From the NCBI GenBank assembly GCA_964035545.1, contig OZ037773.1, positions 3,377,751-3,441,750 on the forward strand: a DNA stretch of 64,000 nucleotides, written 5' to 3'. The position numbers and the translations under genes are program-made. Source of the DNA: Bugula neritina. Taxonomy: Eukaryota > Animalia > Bryozoa. A model generated the notes under the pieces. The model did no database searches, was not told where the DNA came from, and worked only from the letters and a program-made list of their open reading frames with translations. Of this stretch, positions 50,537 to 63,585 are shown one piece after another (the stretch's first letter is position 1; the number at the start of each line of letters is the position of its first letter).

Positions 50537-51882
50537 AGTAGTGATTTCCCACCTGCAAGTGCAACATCAACATGAACATGGTGAAAGCATTAACATATAA
50601 TTTGACATACATCTATATTTTATCAATTCAATCATTAAATGATTCAATTAAAATGATTCTATTTAATTATGACAGAAATATCAATATTATTTAAATTTTA
50701 GTAACACTTATACCAATAGCCTACTAAAACAACTTGAATATTTTATTTTTAAAGTTATTAGCAATTGTAAATCATAATGAAAATATGTCACATTCACTAT
50801 CACTATGACTATCAATTTCAGTATAACTATAATAATTATAAATTAATATTATAATATAAATAATAAAACTAAATTTAATATCAATTATGTAATGGTAATG
50901 CTAATAGTAATACTAATAGTCATAGAGATGGTGCATTATTAGTAGTAATACTAAATCTAATAGTAGTACTAATAAGTATTAGCAAATGTAACACTAATAC
51001 TAATAGTAATGGTAATAGTAATACTAATAGTTATACTAACAGTAATAGTAATACTAGTACTAGTGGTAGTAGCAGCAGCAATACTTTAACATTAACATAT
51101 AGTTATACTTATACTAGTTATAGTTATACAGTTACACATTGACAGTACGCTTACCACTACACTAACACGAATACTATTACTAATACTGCAAGTAAGAGTA
51201 AGTGTAAGTGTAGCTGTAACACTAACACTAACAGTAACTGTAACAGTAACTGTAAGTCATAAGTGCAACTGCAATTCCTGGCCACTGTGACACTGACTGG
51301 GCCCTGGGCAAGGCAGTTAGAGTTTGCAATATGAAAACTCATAAAATTAAATAGTAATTGCGATAGTCAGCCACTAATAAAGACAAAATGAGAAAATTCA
51401 AACATGCATTAGACTCGAATTTGCTATTGAAATCACTATGAGCAATGACTATAAGAATAAACAATGAATGAAATCCTTTACCATTGTCTTTCGGCCATGA
51501 TGATAGTAAATGTAGTCTTACCAAAATTTATGAATCATGAAGAGGATACATTTTTAAAAAAAGAAACGAGTATCAAAATAATAAATAAATAAATATTTGC
51601 TCAAAATATAGGCAACATTTATACAACAAAAATTATTATGCAAAAAAACTTTGTTTTATTAAAAAAATAAATGCTTTATATAAAGACTATATCTGCTGTT
51701 ATCAGCGATTCCGATAAATTATATTCTCGAAAGTTTGGTTTCCGAAATCGGCATGCCCTATGGCCTGTTAAATATTTGTCACTGTAAGACTCATTCAGAT
51801 TTACTTTTTCAAAAGCTGCCCATACAACTAATAACTATTAAAGAGTCATACGTTTTCAAAAATTAACTAATTTATTTTTTAA

Positions 51883-54800
51883 ATGTCACGCAACAAGATA
51901 GATGACAAATCTTTCGGTTACCGACACTTATGTGAAAGGGGCTGGAACGACGGTATGAAAATAAAATTCACTTTGACTTTCACTGATCACTCAAACTTTC
52001 AGTTTGGGGTTCACCCAAATTAAAATTCAATTATTTTCAGTACAGAATTAAAATATTGAAACTAAATTAAAGTTTTATAAAATTGAATAATATTATATTT
52101 ATTAATATAACCTAAACCTTAACGGGCTAACCATGATTATAGTTTATTTTATATTTAATTTTATGCCTATACTTAGTCTTATACTTATAGTTATACAGTA
52201 TAACTTATAGTTATACTATAACTATTACTATAAGTATAGCTATAAGTATAAATATAAAATGAACTATAATCATGGTTTAGGTTATATTAATGAATGTACT
52301 ATAATTCAATTTTATAATACATTAATTTAGTTATAGTATCAGTATGACCATGAGTATGTGGGCCACTGCTGAATCTCAACAGTCAACACTACACTCAATC
52401 TCATTACATTCAATAATTTGTTTTCAGTTGAGTTTCATCTGCCAGATCCTTAGAATATATTTTAGTTCATTTTTTGTAGTTATACTTTTGCTCAAAGTGA
52501 GACTGAGAGTGAGTCTTGCTTGTACTTTCTTAACAAAATAAAAAGGTAATTGTCTGGCAGCTGGTAGTTGTTTGATTCTTTTGGTTATTGTCATTGAAAT
52601 TCACTAGAATTTTAGTTACAAACGTTAATGTATAGCTGGCAGGAATAATTAATATGTTAGGAGTTATTTAGTTGATATATTAGTTATCAATTCTGCCATA
52701 TGTAATAAAATTGTGTGTCATTTGTAGGTGAAGGCCTGGGTCGAGACAATAATGGAACAGCTGATCCCATAAAAGTGAATGTATGTAACGCTCTTACCTT
52801 ATCTAGTTGGATAATTACATAAGTTTTTAAAATAATTTATGAATAAATTTATAAATAACAGTATTTCTACTTGAAATTTGTTATTTAGCTGAAACACGAC
52901 AAAGCTGGCCTTGGGCATGATATTAGTAAAACTTTCACCAACCAGTGGTGGGACCATGTGTTCAACAAAGCGGCTGCTAAGCTCTCTGTAGAGACTGGCG
53001 AGGAGGGGGTGAAGGTCACTTCTAATTCCGATATGTCTGAAAAACAAAAGGAAAAGTTGAAAAGAAAAGTGTTATATGGAAACTTTGTGAAGGTGAGTAA
53101 ATGGAGGACATGTTTTCTACTTAACTTTAAGGTTTACATCGACATGATATACATGTCATTGGATAATGCTCTGGACGCTACTATTGTAGGGGTCCACTCT
53201 AGAGTTTGGGCAGGAAACACATGAGGTACAAGAAGCACCTGAGGAGGAGTGTCCACCGTCAGCTGTTTCTGTGTATGTTTCTAATATTTTCACTCTAACT
53301 CTAGCCGTTCAACTTCAGTTTGTAGTTTCACTTTCGTTATATAACTCTGTGTGTCTGTTGTAGTTTCTATCTCTTAGTGGACTTGTTTGGCTTTCTAGAT
53401 AATCAGCTTTCGTTTCACTGTGGCATTATTTCCAGTTTCATGTTTAAGACTGTTTTACAAATACGTAAAAATATGATTAGTTTTTTGTTTTCCGGTTTTA
53501 AGTCTTCAAGTTCAACAATAAATAATTTATTATATTGTTGAAAATTTAGATAATTTGGCTTCAGTGTTGTATTTTCATTGTTTGTTACTCATTGTCTACT
53601 GCCTGTGTTTACACTATTACAGGCTAACAGATGATCAGTTGCTGTTGGCGTGTGGAGGGCGAACAGCGCATAAGTGAGTATTTATAATGTGAAGCCTACT
53701 TTGTTATAAATAATTACATTCTCGTGGCAAATCTAATATTAATTTGCATTTACTAATTTACTTGTTAAGTCATCTCTCACTGTACTGAGTTGTTGCACAC
53801 ATCTTTCAATCAATTACTGTAGAGGTGCGAGGCACGGTTTCAAGATGAATGGTAAACTAGCCAGACTGGAACAGCAAGACAGCTCAGGGTTTCTAGGAGA
53901 TGAGGAACTAGTTGTTAGGTATGAACTAGTTGTTAGGTATGAACTAGTTGTTAGGTATGAACTAGTTGTTAGGTATGAACTAGTTGTTAGGTATGAACTA
54001 GTTGTTAGGTATGAACTAGTTGTTAGGGATGAACTAGTTGTTAGGTATGAACTAGTCGTTAAGGATGAACTAGTTTCTATGTTTATATTTTCTCTTATTT
54101 TGTTGTTTAATTAAGAAGAACCTGTAACCTGAATGTAAACACAAGTTATTTGCTTTTTATTTACTAAAAAGCTTTAAAGTATGTATTGGTCACAATTAGT
54201 TTTTAATACTGATTGTTTTAATAAAAGTTTTTTGTTGAATTAAGTAAGTGAATAAATGCTTGAAGAATTGTACTACATTATCCATACTATACAATTTTTA
54301 GACATAAAACGAAAAAGTCTAAGAAAAATAGAGACGATGAGAATGTGGAGGTGAGTCATAATAAATAGTCAGGGACAATACCACGAGTTTCCAAAGAGTA
54401 CCTCCCAAGTTCTGTGATGCAAAATATTCTGCAGGCTGTAGCACTCCAGTTGAAGTATTTATTACTGCTAAGTACTGACTATTCATGTATCTGCAACTTT
54501 ACACACAATCAAGAATCTATAAAGCCACACAAATTAGAAAACTGTGGTGTGAAAATCACTAGCAATCTGGCAAAAGGTTGCTATGTCTATGTTCATAGCT
54601 TGACATGTATATTCAGTTCATAAACATTTGAGTTACCAACATATCATATCACAGAACTATAATAATGAAGTGATGCTCATTAACTGTGAACTTTTTTGAA
54701 GGATTTCTAAACCTCACTTTATATTTATATAATATAAATTTCTGTATTTTCCTATTGACGATTGTTCAACATATTTTTTATTGATTTCTGTGGCTTTAAT

Positions 54801-55038
54801 GCTTCTAGCATGTTAACCTGGTGTGTGTAGTGCAAATGGCATGGCTTACTACAGAAATGAAATATGATTTCTCATGGGTTTCAGTTTTATCCTGTAGGCA
54901 CAACTTTCAGATGAACCAAGTGAGACGAAAACTAAAAAGAAGAAGCATAAACACAAGAGAGTTAAGGATTCATCATATGAAAAATCTGAGGAAGTAGATG
55001 AAATAAAACCTAAGAAGAAGCGCAGAAAAGATAGGTAG
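51883..55038 (+). CDS. GPATCH4: G-patch domain-containing protein 4, multi-exon, Lys-rich C-terminus
   Basis: FGYRHLCERGWNDG|EGLGRDNNGTADPIKVN|LKHDKAGLGHD...FTNQWWDHVFNKAA, LYGNFVK, LTDDQLLLACGGRTAHK|GARHGFKMNGKLARLEQQ. Confidence 0.92.
52060..52332. repeat. Imperfect inverted repeat (fold-back) in GPATCH4 intron 1
   Basis: aactaaattaa...ttattaatataacctaaacc versus ggtttaggttatattaat...ttaatttagtt; inner ccatgattatagtt versus aactataatcatgg. Confidence 0.75.
53905..54075 (+). repeat. Splice-donor minisatellite, 18-bp unit x~9.5, at a GPATCH4 exon end
   Basis: Unit GAACTAGTTGTTAG|gtat; seven copies retain AG|GTATGA. Confidence 0.95.
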
Positions 55039-57600
55039 TGGGACTTCATATTCTTTAGTTCAGAGAAGATATTGTGCTGATCTTCATGATATTCATGGGA
55101 GGGAGACTTGCATGGCAAAGTTATCTCTAGCTCTTATTCCACTTTTTGTATACCAATTGAAAACTTGAGATGTACTGGACCTACTTATTTTAGAAGATAT
55201 GCGCATCAGAAAAATCAATTTGATCACCCAGGAAGGACAAAATGCACCACTCGAATATAAATGGTGCCTATTCCAACATTTTTGTCTTCCAACACTGTGA
55301 TATTTTTTACATTATGCAAAACACAGTGTTAGTAAAGCTCAGTTTATCTCAGGCCATCTTGTGATGAAAGAGCTTAGTTGCAGTAGACAATTTATTTATT
55401 ATTACCAATGATTTATACTTTGTCTTTTGACTTCAAAATAAAAAATTAATTTACTAATATTAAGCTCCATGAAATCAATACAGGTTATTAATATGCGCAC
55501 CCATAATGTATGTCAAATATAATATATTGAGCAATGCAGCTAAGCTAAATCAACTATAAAATTATTTCAGTTGATGTCTATTCTTTTAACAACCTTGATA
55601 TTAGTTTATTAAAGTTTCAAATATTATAATTTAGTTTGCAAGTTACCTCCCCTGTAAGTTTCTCTGGATGACGACTCCTATAATCTAATGATTCTATATA
55701 AGCAGCTAAGAGTTGGGGGTGACTGGGTGTAGAACATAACTTCTTCTGTTTCATTTCTAATCAAGAGCATAGGCTATTCTCAATTTCTCCAGTACTGTAC
55801 TTACCTCAACAGTGTATGACTCTGCTATGTATATTACCAAATACACAGTGGCAGCATTTCATCAGGTTCTTACCAATCACAGAGAATGTCAAGCTAAACA
55901 GACCTCCCTGTTGTCATGAATACATGTAAACAGTTGTGTAACACTTTCAACTACTTCTATCAGTCTAATCTTTTCTAGTTAGCTGTTGCATTAAGCAATA
56001 TATTTATTATAGCTTTGACTTCACATATGTCCATCATGAATATTATTATGCAATGTTTGTTACAAGTTGTAAGTACCATCAATGTTTTTCATTGGTTATT
56101 GTAGGTAATGAACAAGTTTCTAAAATGCTCATGATTATATCATTTTATAATATAGACGCCATGGTTTATTTCCTGGCTACTAACTAATTAACAAGCATGT
56201 TTAAGCCAATCAAAATGATTTTCAAATTTAGTTAGAGCTAAACTAGCTATTATATCACCTACACCGTGCCGTGGACTAGCGTGATGAGTCTATCCAGTTC
56301 TTAGATGAAAGTCATGTCATTATCTTCTCAATTAAGCCTTTTATTGAAAAAATAATTGCATATTTTAGATTTATAATAAAATCATTATAAAAATAGCATG
56401 TTCTAGAATATTCACTGCTGACAATCTTGAGTTAGGTGGAGCTAGAGTCAAGTTGTGAATCAATAATATAATTGTTCTTCAATTGCCTATTTTTAATAAA
56501 AGTTGCATGATGCAACTTTTTACTTTATCAATTTACCTCATTATGGGATGTTCTTAACAGCTTTTCTTATCATATACTATAATTATAAAGTTATGATATA
56601 TAATCTGTAGGCCTACATATTATATGCCTTTCTGCAGCTAAGCTTAATTTCAGTTCATTTGAGTGTTGTGTGATTTGGACTGAGAAATCATATAATTTGG
56701 CCAATAATTGTCTTAAGGTTGACCTGCATTTAACACTCTATGTGAAGATAGAGGGCACTCAAGTCCTCTAAGTTTTTACAGTTTCAGTGTAATGGTGGTG
56801 AATGCAGAAATTGCTAGCAACAATTCTATATATGGTGTGGTGGTTCGTGGAACTACCAGCAGCACAACATGTAGGGTCGCGTAATTGACCCGGAACAATG
56901 GATAGCCAATTAGCGTAGTTGATAGTTAGCAGCAATTGTAGTTTCCCGCTGCTAACTCAGTCGAAGCTAGAGTGTGAAATAGATTAGATGTGTAACTTGT
57001 TTGGAAATAATGTATCGTGTTTTTATAATGTATAGTTGTGTATAAAATATACTCGTTCACTCGACTTATCCTGGTGCAGTTCTATAGTAGATAAATAGAC
57101 TCTCTGGATAGCACATCAACCCTAAATCTGAAAATCTTAACAATAGAAAATGAAAACAGTTGCTAATGTAGACTACAAGTATAATCAAGTTACAAGGTGT
57201 GCATGTGTGGTTAAGTTATTACTTGGTGACTGCATTAACTTTGATATTAGTTTATTTTAGTTACTATTAATAAGAAAATAGACCACAATAACCAAAATTG
57301 TATTCTTTTGATAACAAAGAACATTATAAAACATTTAACTTCAAATACACAACACAAAAATACAATGACTTAGGCTGCTGAACATTTGCTTTTTTAAAAC
57401 AGTAAATGAAAATAAAGTTCTAAAAATAAAAGTTTTATAATTTGTGTGAACAGCTGTAACACATTTATTTAATAACTCACTCTTAATATATGTTATATCA
57501 TAAGCCTATAGCACATATCACAGTTTAGGAACTACTTAAAGTGTTATATCACCAGACTTGCAACTTTAAAGTACTTGCGTATCTTAATATTTGCATGTAG

Positions 57601-58572
57601 CTAGTTGGGACCAGCCTGTGGTGTGACAGCATTGCCCAATTTGCACCTGAGTAGTTTGTTCAGGTGTCGAATGTATGAGGGGTTTAAATAAATAAACAAA
57701 ACTACATTCAAAACTCCATATAATCCTTGGATTATGAAAGCACTCAAGTCAATTAATTTAGTTTTTCCCTCAGGCAGCTCACCTAGTTTCCTTGCACCCA
57801 TGGTAATAACTGTGGGAAAGAATGACAAGTAAAACAAGACGCTTGTCAGCAACACATATTTTGCTGCCTTTTCAAGTTCTTCATCGTCTGCAGGTTGAGC
57901 TGCTCTGCGAGACATCCGTTTTAGTTCCACACCCACTTTACCCAGAGTTACTATGGTTACTAAGGCAGATATACCGAGAAGTATGAACTGCACAGCAGCT
58001 GTTAGGGGAGTCTGGTTAAAGTGCGTCAGTCCAATATCATTGACACAGAATTGTTCAAAATTGAAAGAGTTTACCATAACTGATATCACAAAGCTGACAA
58101 TCCAGATGAAGATGTAACCAACTTCTAAGTGCTGGATGAGCTTGTTGGTTGTGTATTTGAATGGTGTACAGATTGCGACATACCGTTCATAACTTGCTAA
58201 AGCGAGGACGGAAAATCGAGTTGTCACGGATATAAAAGTTGGAATTGCAACTCCCACGAGAAATATTTTTGAAAATTCTTCTTCCAGCTTCAAAACGAAA
58301 TATTTCAGTGAACAATCCACTTGTAGAATAAACATTGAACTAGCAAAAATATCAGATGAGCCAATATTCACCAGAGTCCAGAAGTACTTCTTAGCCCTTA
58401 ATTTTTTAATAAAAGAAAAAACAACAATGTGTAAAACGTTTACCAATATTGTCACCACATTGATGCTCACGATAGCCTTTGACCAATTTTTGTAGCCACA
58501 TACTTCTGAAACAGTTAAGTTGAAACACAACAGGCCACTGTTTGCGGTTTCATTGGAGTCAGTCACATTCAT
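57601..58572 (-). CDS. Intronless class A (rhodopsin-like) GPCR, orphan/chemoreceptor-like
   Basis: 323-aa ORF with seven hydrophobic segments, N-terminal N-glycosylation sites, LASYERYVAICTPFKY (DRY-like, TM3) and LNVVLFIYLNPSY (TM7). Confidence 0.92.
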   Translation of the reverse strand: MNVTDSNETANSGLLCFNLTVSEVCGYKNWSKAIVSINVVTILVNVLHIVVFSFIKKLRAKKYFWTLVNIGSSDIFASSMFILQVDCSLKYFVLKLEEEFSKIFLVGVAIPTFISVTTRFSVLALASYERYVAICTPFKYTTNKLIQHLEVGYIFIWIVSFVISVMVNSFNFEQFCVNDIGLTHFNQTPLTAAVQFILLGISALVTIVTLGKVGVELKRMSRRAAQPADDEELEKAAKYVLLTSVLFYLSFFPTVITMGARKLGELPEGKTKLIDLSAFIIQGLYGVLNVVLFIYLNPSYIRHLNKLLRCKLGNAVTPQAGPN

Positions 58573-59393
58573 GGCTCCTTTATTTGGTAAAGATACTCAA
58601 TAAATATTCTCAGAGCATGACTGCCACTAGAAAGATGGACTCTTGAAAGCTGAAATGACATATAGGAGCATATGTGATAACAAATTGTCTTTTTCTACTG
58701 ACATTTAATAATCTATTAGTACTGCATGGTACTATATGAATCCTCGCTTCTTACATCTTATATTTATCTTTTTTTGGTTTTATTTATATTTCCAACTAGA
58801 GATTTAATTAGAAACAGGCCAAAAATGTAGGATGTGACCCAAAACGCTGAAATGTCAAAAAGGGGGATAATAGTGAACCACAAAAGGTGACAACAGCGAT
58901 AGTGGTGAAGGCCAAAAAAGGTGAAAAGGAGGATAATTTTGAGGGTGTGTTTGAGTATTTAAGCTTATTTAATTATTTAAACAATGCTTATAGTATCGAA
59001 TTGAATAGACTATAGGATAAAAGGCGTAGACTTAGTCTTATCCATCATAGTTACAGACATTTATAATTGGAATGTCCGTAATTTATAGCATAGACTTGTC
59101 AATTGGTTATACACACACGCACACACGCACACACGCACACACGCACACTTCTAATATAACTTACCGTTAGGTTAATCACTCCTGCAAGACTGTAATGGAT
59201 TCCTAACATATTAAAAACTCACAGCTTCCCCTTCTCCTCTCTCTTTACTGCATCTCCTCTCCAGCAGGCACTCTTATATACCCAGCATATTATCAGTAAA
59301 GTTAAATGTTCACTATTGTCTCACCACACAGAGCACACACCCTGTACTGTTATATAACAAAATTGATTTTTTTCCTCAGTTTTGCCCTGATTA

Positions 59394-59950
59394 CATGATG
59401 AAGAGAATAGCTCGTTAGCAATAAATACACTAATGCATGGTTTTACTTCTAAAAATATGTTACGTTATAAACTCATATCTATAGCAATTATTTCAATTAA
59501 GTTTATAGAAAGTATGACAGTTTGAATAAACTCAAATTATAATAATGAACCCATCATGCTCATTATATTATAGATATAAACAGTGTCAACAGCGTCATTG
59601 ATTGTTAGTATAATGGCATATAAGGTCATGTAATGTTGATAAGAAATTGCTACCATGATGCTACCATGCTGCATGATAAAGAGAATAGCTCGTTAGAAAT
59701 AAACTCACACAATCTAGAATAGTTTTACGTCTAAAAATATTATGTTACATCATAAACTTATACATATAGCAATTATTTTAATTAAGTTTATATCTATATA
59801 AAGAGTATAAATTTGAATAGACTCTAATTATAATGATGAATCCATTCATGCTCATTATATAGAAATGTAGTGTCAACAGCATCATTGATTGGTAGTAATA
59901 ATATATAGGGTCAGGTAATGTTAATAAGAAATGATCACAATGATGCTACT
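59394..59950. repeat. Diverged tandem duplication, ~278 bp x2, upstream of the GPCR
   Basis: catgat(g/a)aagagaatagctcgttag...atgatgctac begins at 59394 and 59672. Confidence 0.85.
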
Positions 59951-61848
59951 GCAATGCCTACTTTTAATTTTCTAATTATAACTGCTGATCCATTAACAAA
60001 TATTTTTTCTTAAAATAATTTTGACAAGTCGCTGCTTTACAATGACAAGTTAGTTATGAGGACCTTCAGAAATTTATATTTAAATTTACACTTTGTGTAA
60101 CTAGTGAAAACTAAAATACTATTTCATCAATGGTATTTAGCAATAGACTTTCAACTTAAAATATTAACAGTATTTTATTTAGTCGTACTAATGGGGAACA
60201 GGTAGTAAAGCCTGAAGTTAGATGATATTGCGTCATAGAATTATTTCACTCTCGAGTCTAGAACGTTTGACTGACACACTTTTAATTTTAACCTATAGTA
60301 ATTCTCTAATTATGTTTTGAGTTATTTTCTCATGGACTCTGCTAGGATATGGCTGGCCTAAGAAAATTAAACACACTTGTATTGAAGTTATCCCTCTTAG
60401 AATAATCATTGAAAATAGTAATGTTGTTGTGCCTGCTACCATAATTTAGCTTTATGACTATGTTTGTCTATGAAATATTACTATAAGCTTTATTATTTGT
60501 AAATTTCCTCAGTAAATGTTGTTCACTGTCTCAATTTTGACTGATGAATTGTTGAAGTTTCGTGTGATTAACTACTAAGTGTGGGTTATGCGTGTATATG
60601 ATCGAAGCTAGAACGTAACTCTTTGTGTATATGAGAAGCTAGAACATAACTCTTTGTATCTTTCCTAAAGAGAGAGCTGTGATTTATTTGTTTGAGAATA
60701 AGTATATTTATAAGACTAACAAGTAACAGAGATATCCAGATAAAATACTCATTTGTAAATTTTGTCCATATTCCCAATTTTGACTATGCTGAACTACCAA
60801 TTACCACCGGCCTCCAGATAACACCAAAACCATAGGTATACTAATCTTCGTAAATAGTTTTATGAATATTTATATGATTATTTCAACAGATGTAATTAAT
60901 TACTATACCTGTATTTTAAGGGTAAAGATATTTTAAGAAAATGTCTTTGCTATAATAAAGTTGGTGACTACTTTTAATTTAGAATCAACATATCTTGTTG
61001 GTAAACTATCATAAGAAGTTGTGTTGTTAATGAAGCTATACTAATTTAAAATGGAATATACTTCAGTCTTTTAAACTGAAGTGCTGTACAACAAAAATGT
61101 TAAGGTAACCTTAGTCTACTTAAAGAGAATAATATTCCCTAAAGTTGTTTATAAGGTTAGAATTATGAATGATAGGCTTGACATTAAAATTTTAAGCTTA
61201 TTAAATTAAAATAGATCTATCATCTACGATAACAAATTTAAAAAAAATTGTTACAAAAAGTTGCATGCATTTCTTTTTAAGCAATTCGCCACAGCTATAA
61301 CTTTTTTAGTAACAATCTACTAGTAGTTTATTAATTCTAGTAGTTAGGAATTCATGAGTTATGCGACATTATTCAGACAATGAGAAAGACATCATGTCAT
61401 GACTCTGCGTAGTTTGATTTGCTCTGCCTCAGTATACAGATGCTTCTATCTTTTATTCTGCTAATCATAGAATCAGCGTTTAAAATTTATATTATATACT
61501 TACTTCAGTATCGCACTTAATAATATTCCTGTAATTTGATTGTCAGGTCTTTCTAGTGCTCGACATTTCCTTTGCTGCTACATATTTTCTCTCTTGGATA
61601 ACAAGGTTAGTGAACAAACACTTTCTATAGCCTAATGTTTTTATACCTTAATTAGTATGAAACTGTAATACAATATATGAAATATTTGCAGTTTTTTTTC
61701 AATATATAGTGTTTGTATGTAATTAGTTAGGAACACACAATATTTGTCCATATTTGTGTGTCGAGTCTATGGTAGCGTTATTTGTTGTAATTTTGTATGA
61801 ATAGCATATTATAAATGGCTGATTATTATTATGTGTTTATTTTTAGCC

Positions 61849-63585
61849 ATGGGCTTCTTTAGCAAACTATTTACGAGACGAGCTTTTGCAGCCTCCGCCA
61901 ATAAGAGTGTTGATAATGCAGCAATCGAGAGGTCAGTCTAAAAATTTCATCTTTAACAGTTTTCACAGTAATTGTTTTAGTAAAGTACATTTAGTTATTT
62001 TATTTTTTTTAATATTGGGAGTTATATCTTTTATGCTCCACCTAGCATAAAACTAATAGGTCTTCGTTATGAGAGGCACATCTGTGTCATATAAGTATGT
62101 ATAGCTAAAATTAATGCACAGCGTATATTTATTCTTGGACTTGTTGTTTTTCTAGTTAAGACCTAATGGCTGTCTGCGCTCACCGAAAGGGGTGGTGTAA
62201 ATCTCATTGCACATTGCACATTTTTAAACTTACAAAATAATTATGCTTTTCAAGTCCAACATCTAACATCTGTTTTAGTAACCATATTTCAACTGCAATC
62301 TACTGATTTTAAGTTGAGAGCTGTATATAGTGTATACCCGGTATTCTTTTAGACTAGAGTTTGAAGTTCCATTAAAACGGGTTTTTAAAAGCAATGAAAT
62401 CCCAGTAACACTCCTGGTATGTACTAATTAATATTATCAAATACATGCATTAAATTTATCTTTAATTCTTGAGGACTGTATGAATGGTAAAGCATATGTT
62501 TGTAGCTAGCAATCATGTTCCAATGCTCTCTTGTAGAATATCTTCATGCAAATTGCTCTAACTGGCATTTCACAAACAGGAATATTCCGGCAGTCGGGTA
62601 GTGCAGGGGAAGTACGCCGTCTCTCAGACTCTCTGTCAGCAGGACAGGAATTCGACCTGCAAAGTGTGGGCATCCACTCACTATGTTCTGTAGTGAAGGT
62701 AGGAGAGTTAGTCATATGTAACTCATTGTTTCAATTTATTTATATATAAAACAGTCTAAAAGTTCGCGAATAAAATCTTTCACAAAAGAGGTAGCATTTT
62801 CAATTAGTTAGTACCATTACAGTTAAATATGTACAGGACTACGACTGGTATAGGTGTGAAAGGTGTGAATTACAGTTAAATATGTTTGCATTAAAATGTG
62901 CTACTTTGTCAAATATTATATTTTCAATTCTCTTCACTCTAAATACCTATGAACCATGTCGGCAATGCAACAGAGCAGTGGCAGTGCTGTACTGTAGTGG
63001 TGTGAGTCTGCTAGTGTATAATATGGTTATGATAATACATTACATTACAGAAGTTTCTTCTCTCCATACCTGGTGGCCTTCTCGGCAAGCAGGTTGAAAA
63101 GAAATTGTTGAACATTGTGAAAACCAGAGAACCAGCAAAGAAGAAAAAGAGAATAAACAAGTAAATTACCAATGCAATGCAGAGTTAGAAAGTTAATAAT
63201 TTCATTTGCTGTGTGCCCTAGTTTGAGCCTTTCTTATTACTTGCATCCAAATAATGTTGCTAATTGGTTTGGGACATCATATGTAATTTCATGTGTTTTT
63301 AACTACTAGTTATTTTGCATCCTTTATAAGTTTATACCATCAGCAGGGCATATTTTGAGCAAAGGAAACTTGGAATCTTATTTTCTTTTGGTAATATTTA
63401 GAATTTGTATTTTTTATTGTTTCTGCTTTTAAATTATATTATAATTTTACAGACTTCTGATGTCTCTCTCAAAGCCGGTCAGACAACTCCTGACACTGAT
63501 GATAGGACTTGCCTTTTGTGTATGTAAGCGTCAAAACCTGCCATTTGAAAGTTTGGCTAAATCTATTGCCGGATCCCTGTTTGGG
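61849..63585 (+). CDS. RhoGAP-domain protein, partial (continues beyond the window; 5' exons uncertain)
   Basis: Exons 62537-62698 (TGIFRQSGSAGEVRRL...FDLQSVGIHSLCSVVK, arginine-finger region), ~63051-63160 (KFLLSIPGGLL) and ~63453-63585 (LSKPVRQLL...ESLAKSIAGSLF) follow RhoGAP helix order. Putative start MGFFSKLFTRR at 61849. Confidence 0.8.

Noticed and set aside
56836-57120. Possible solo LTR (CpG-richer segment)
   Set aside because: I could not find TG...CA ends with a matching TSD.
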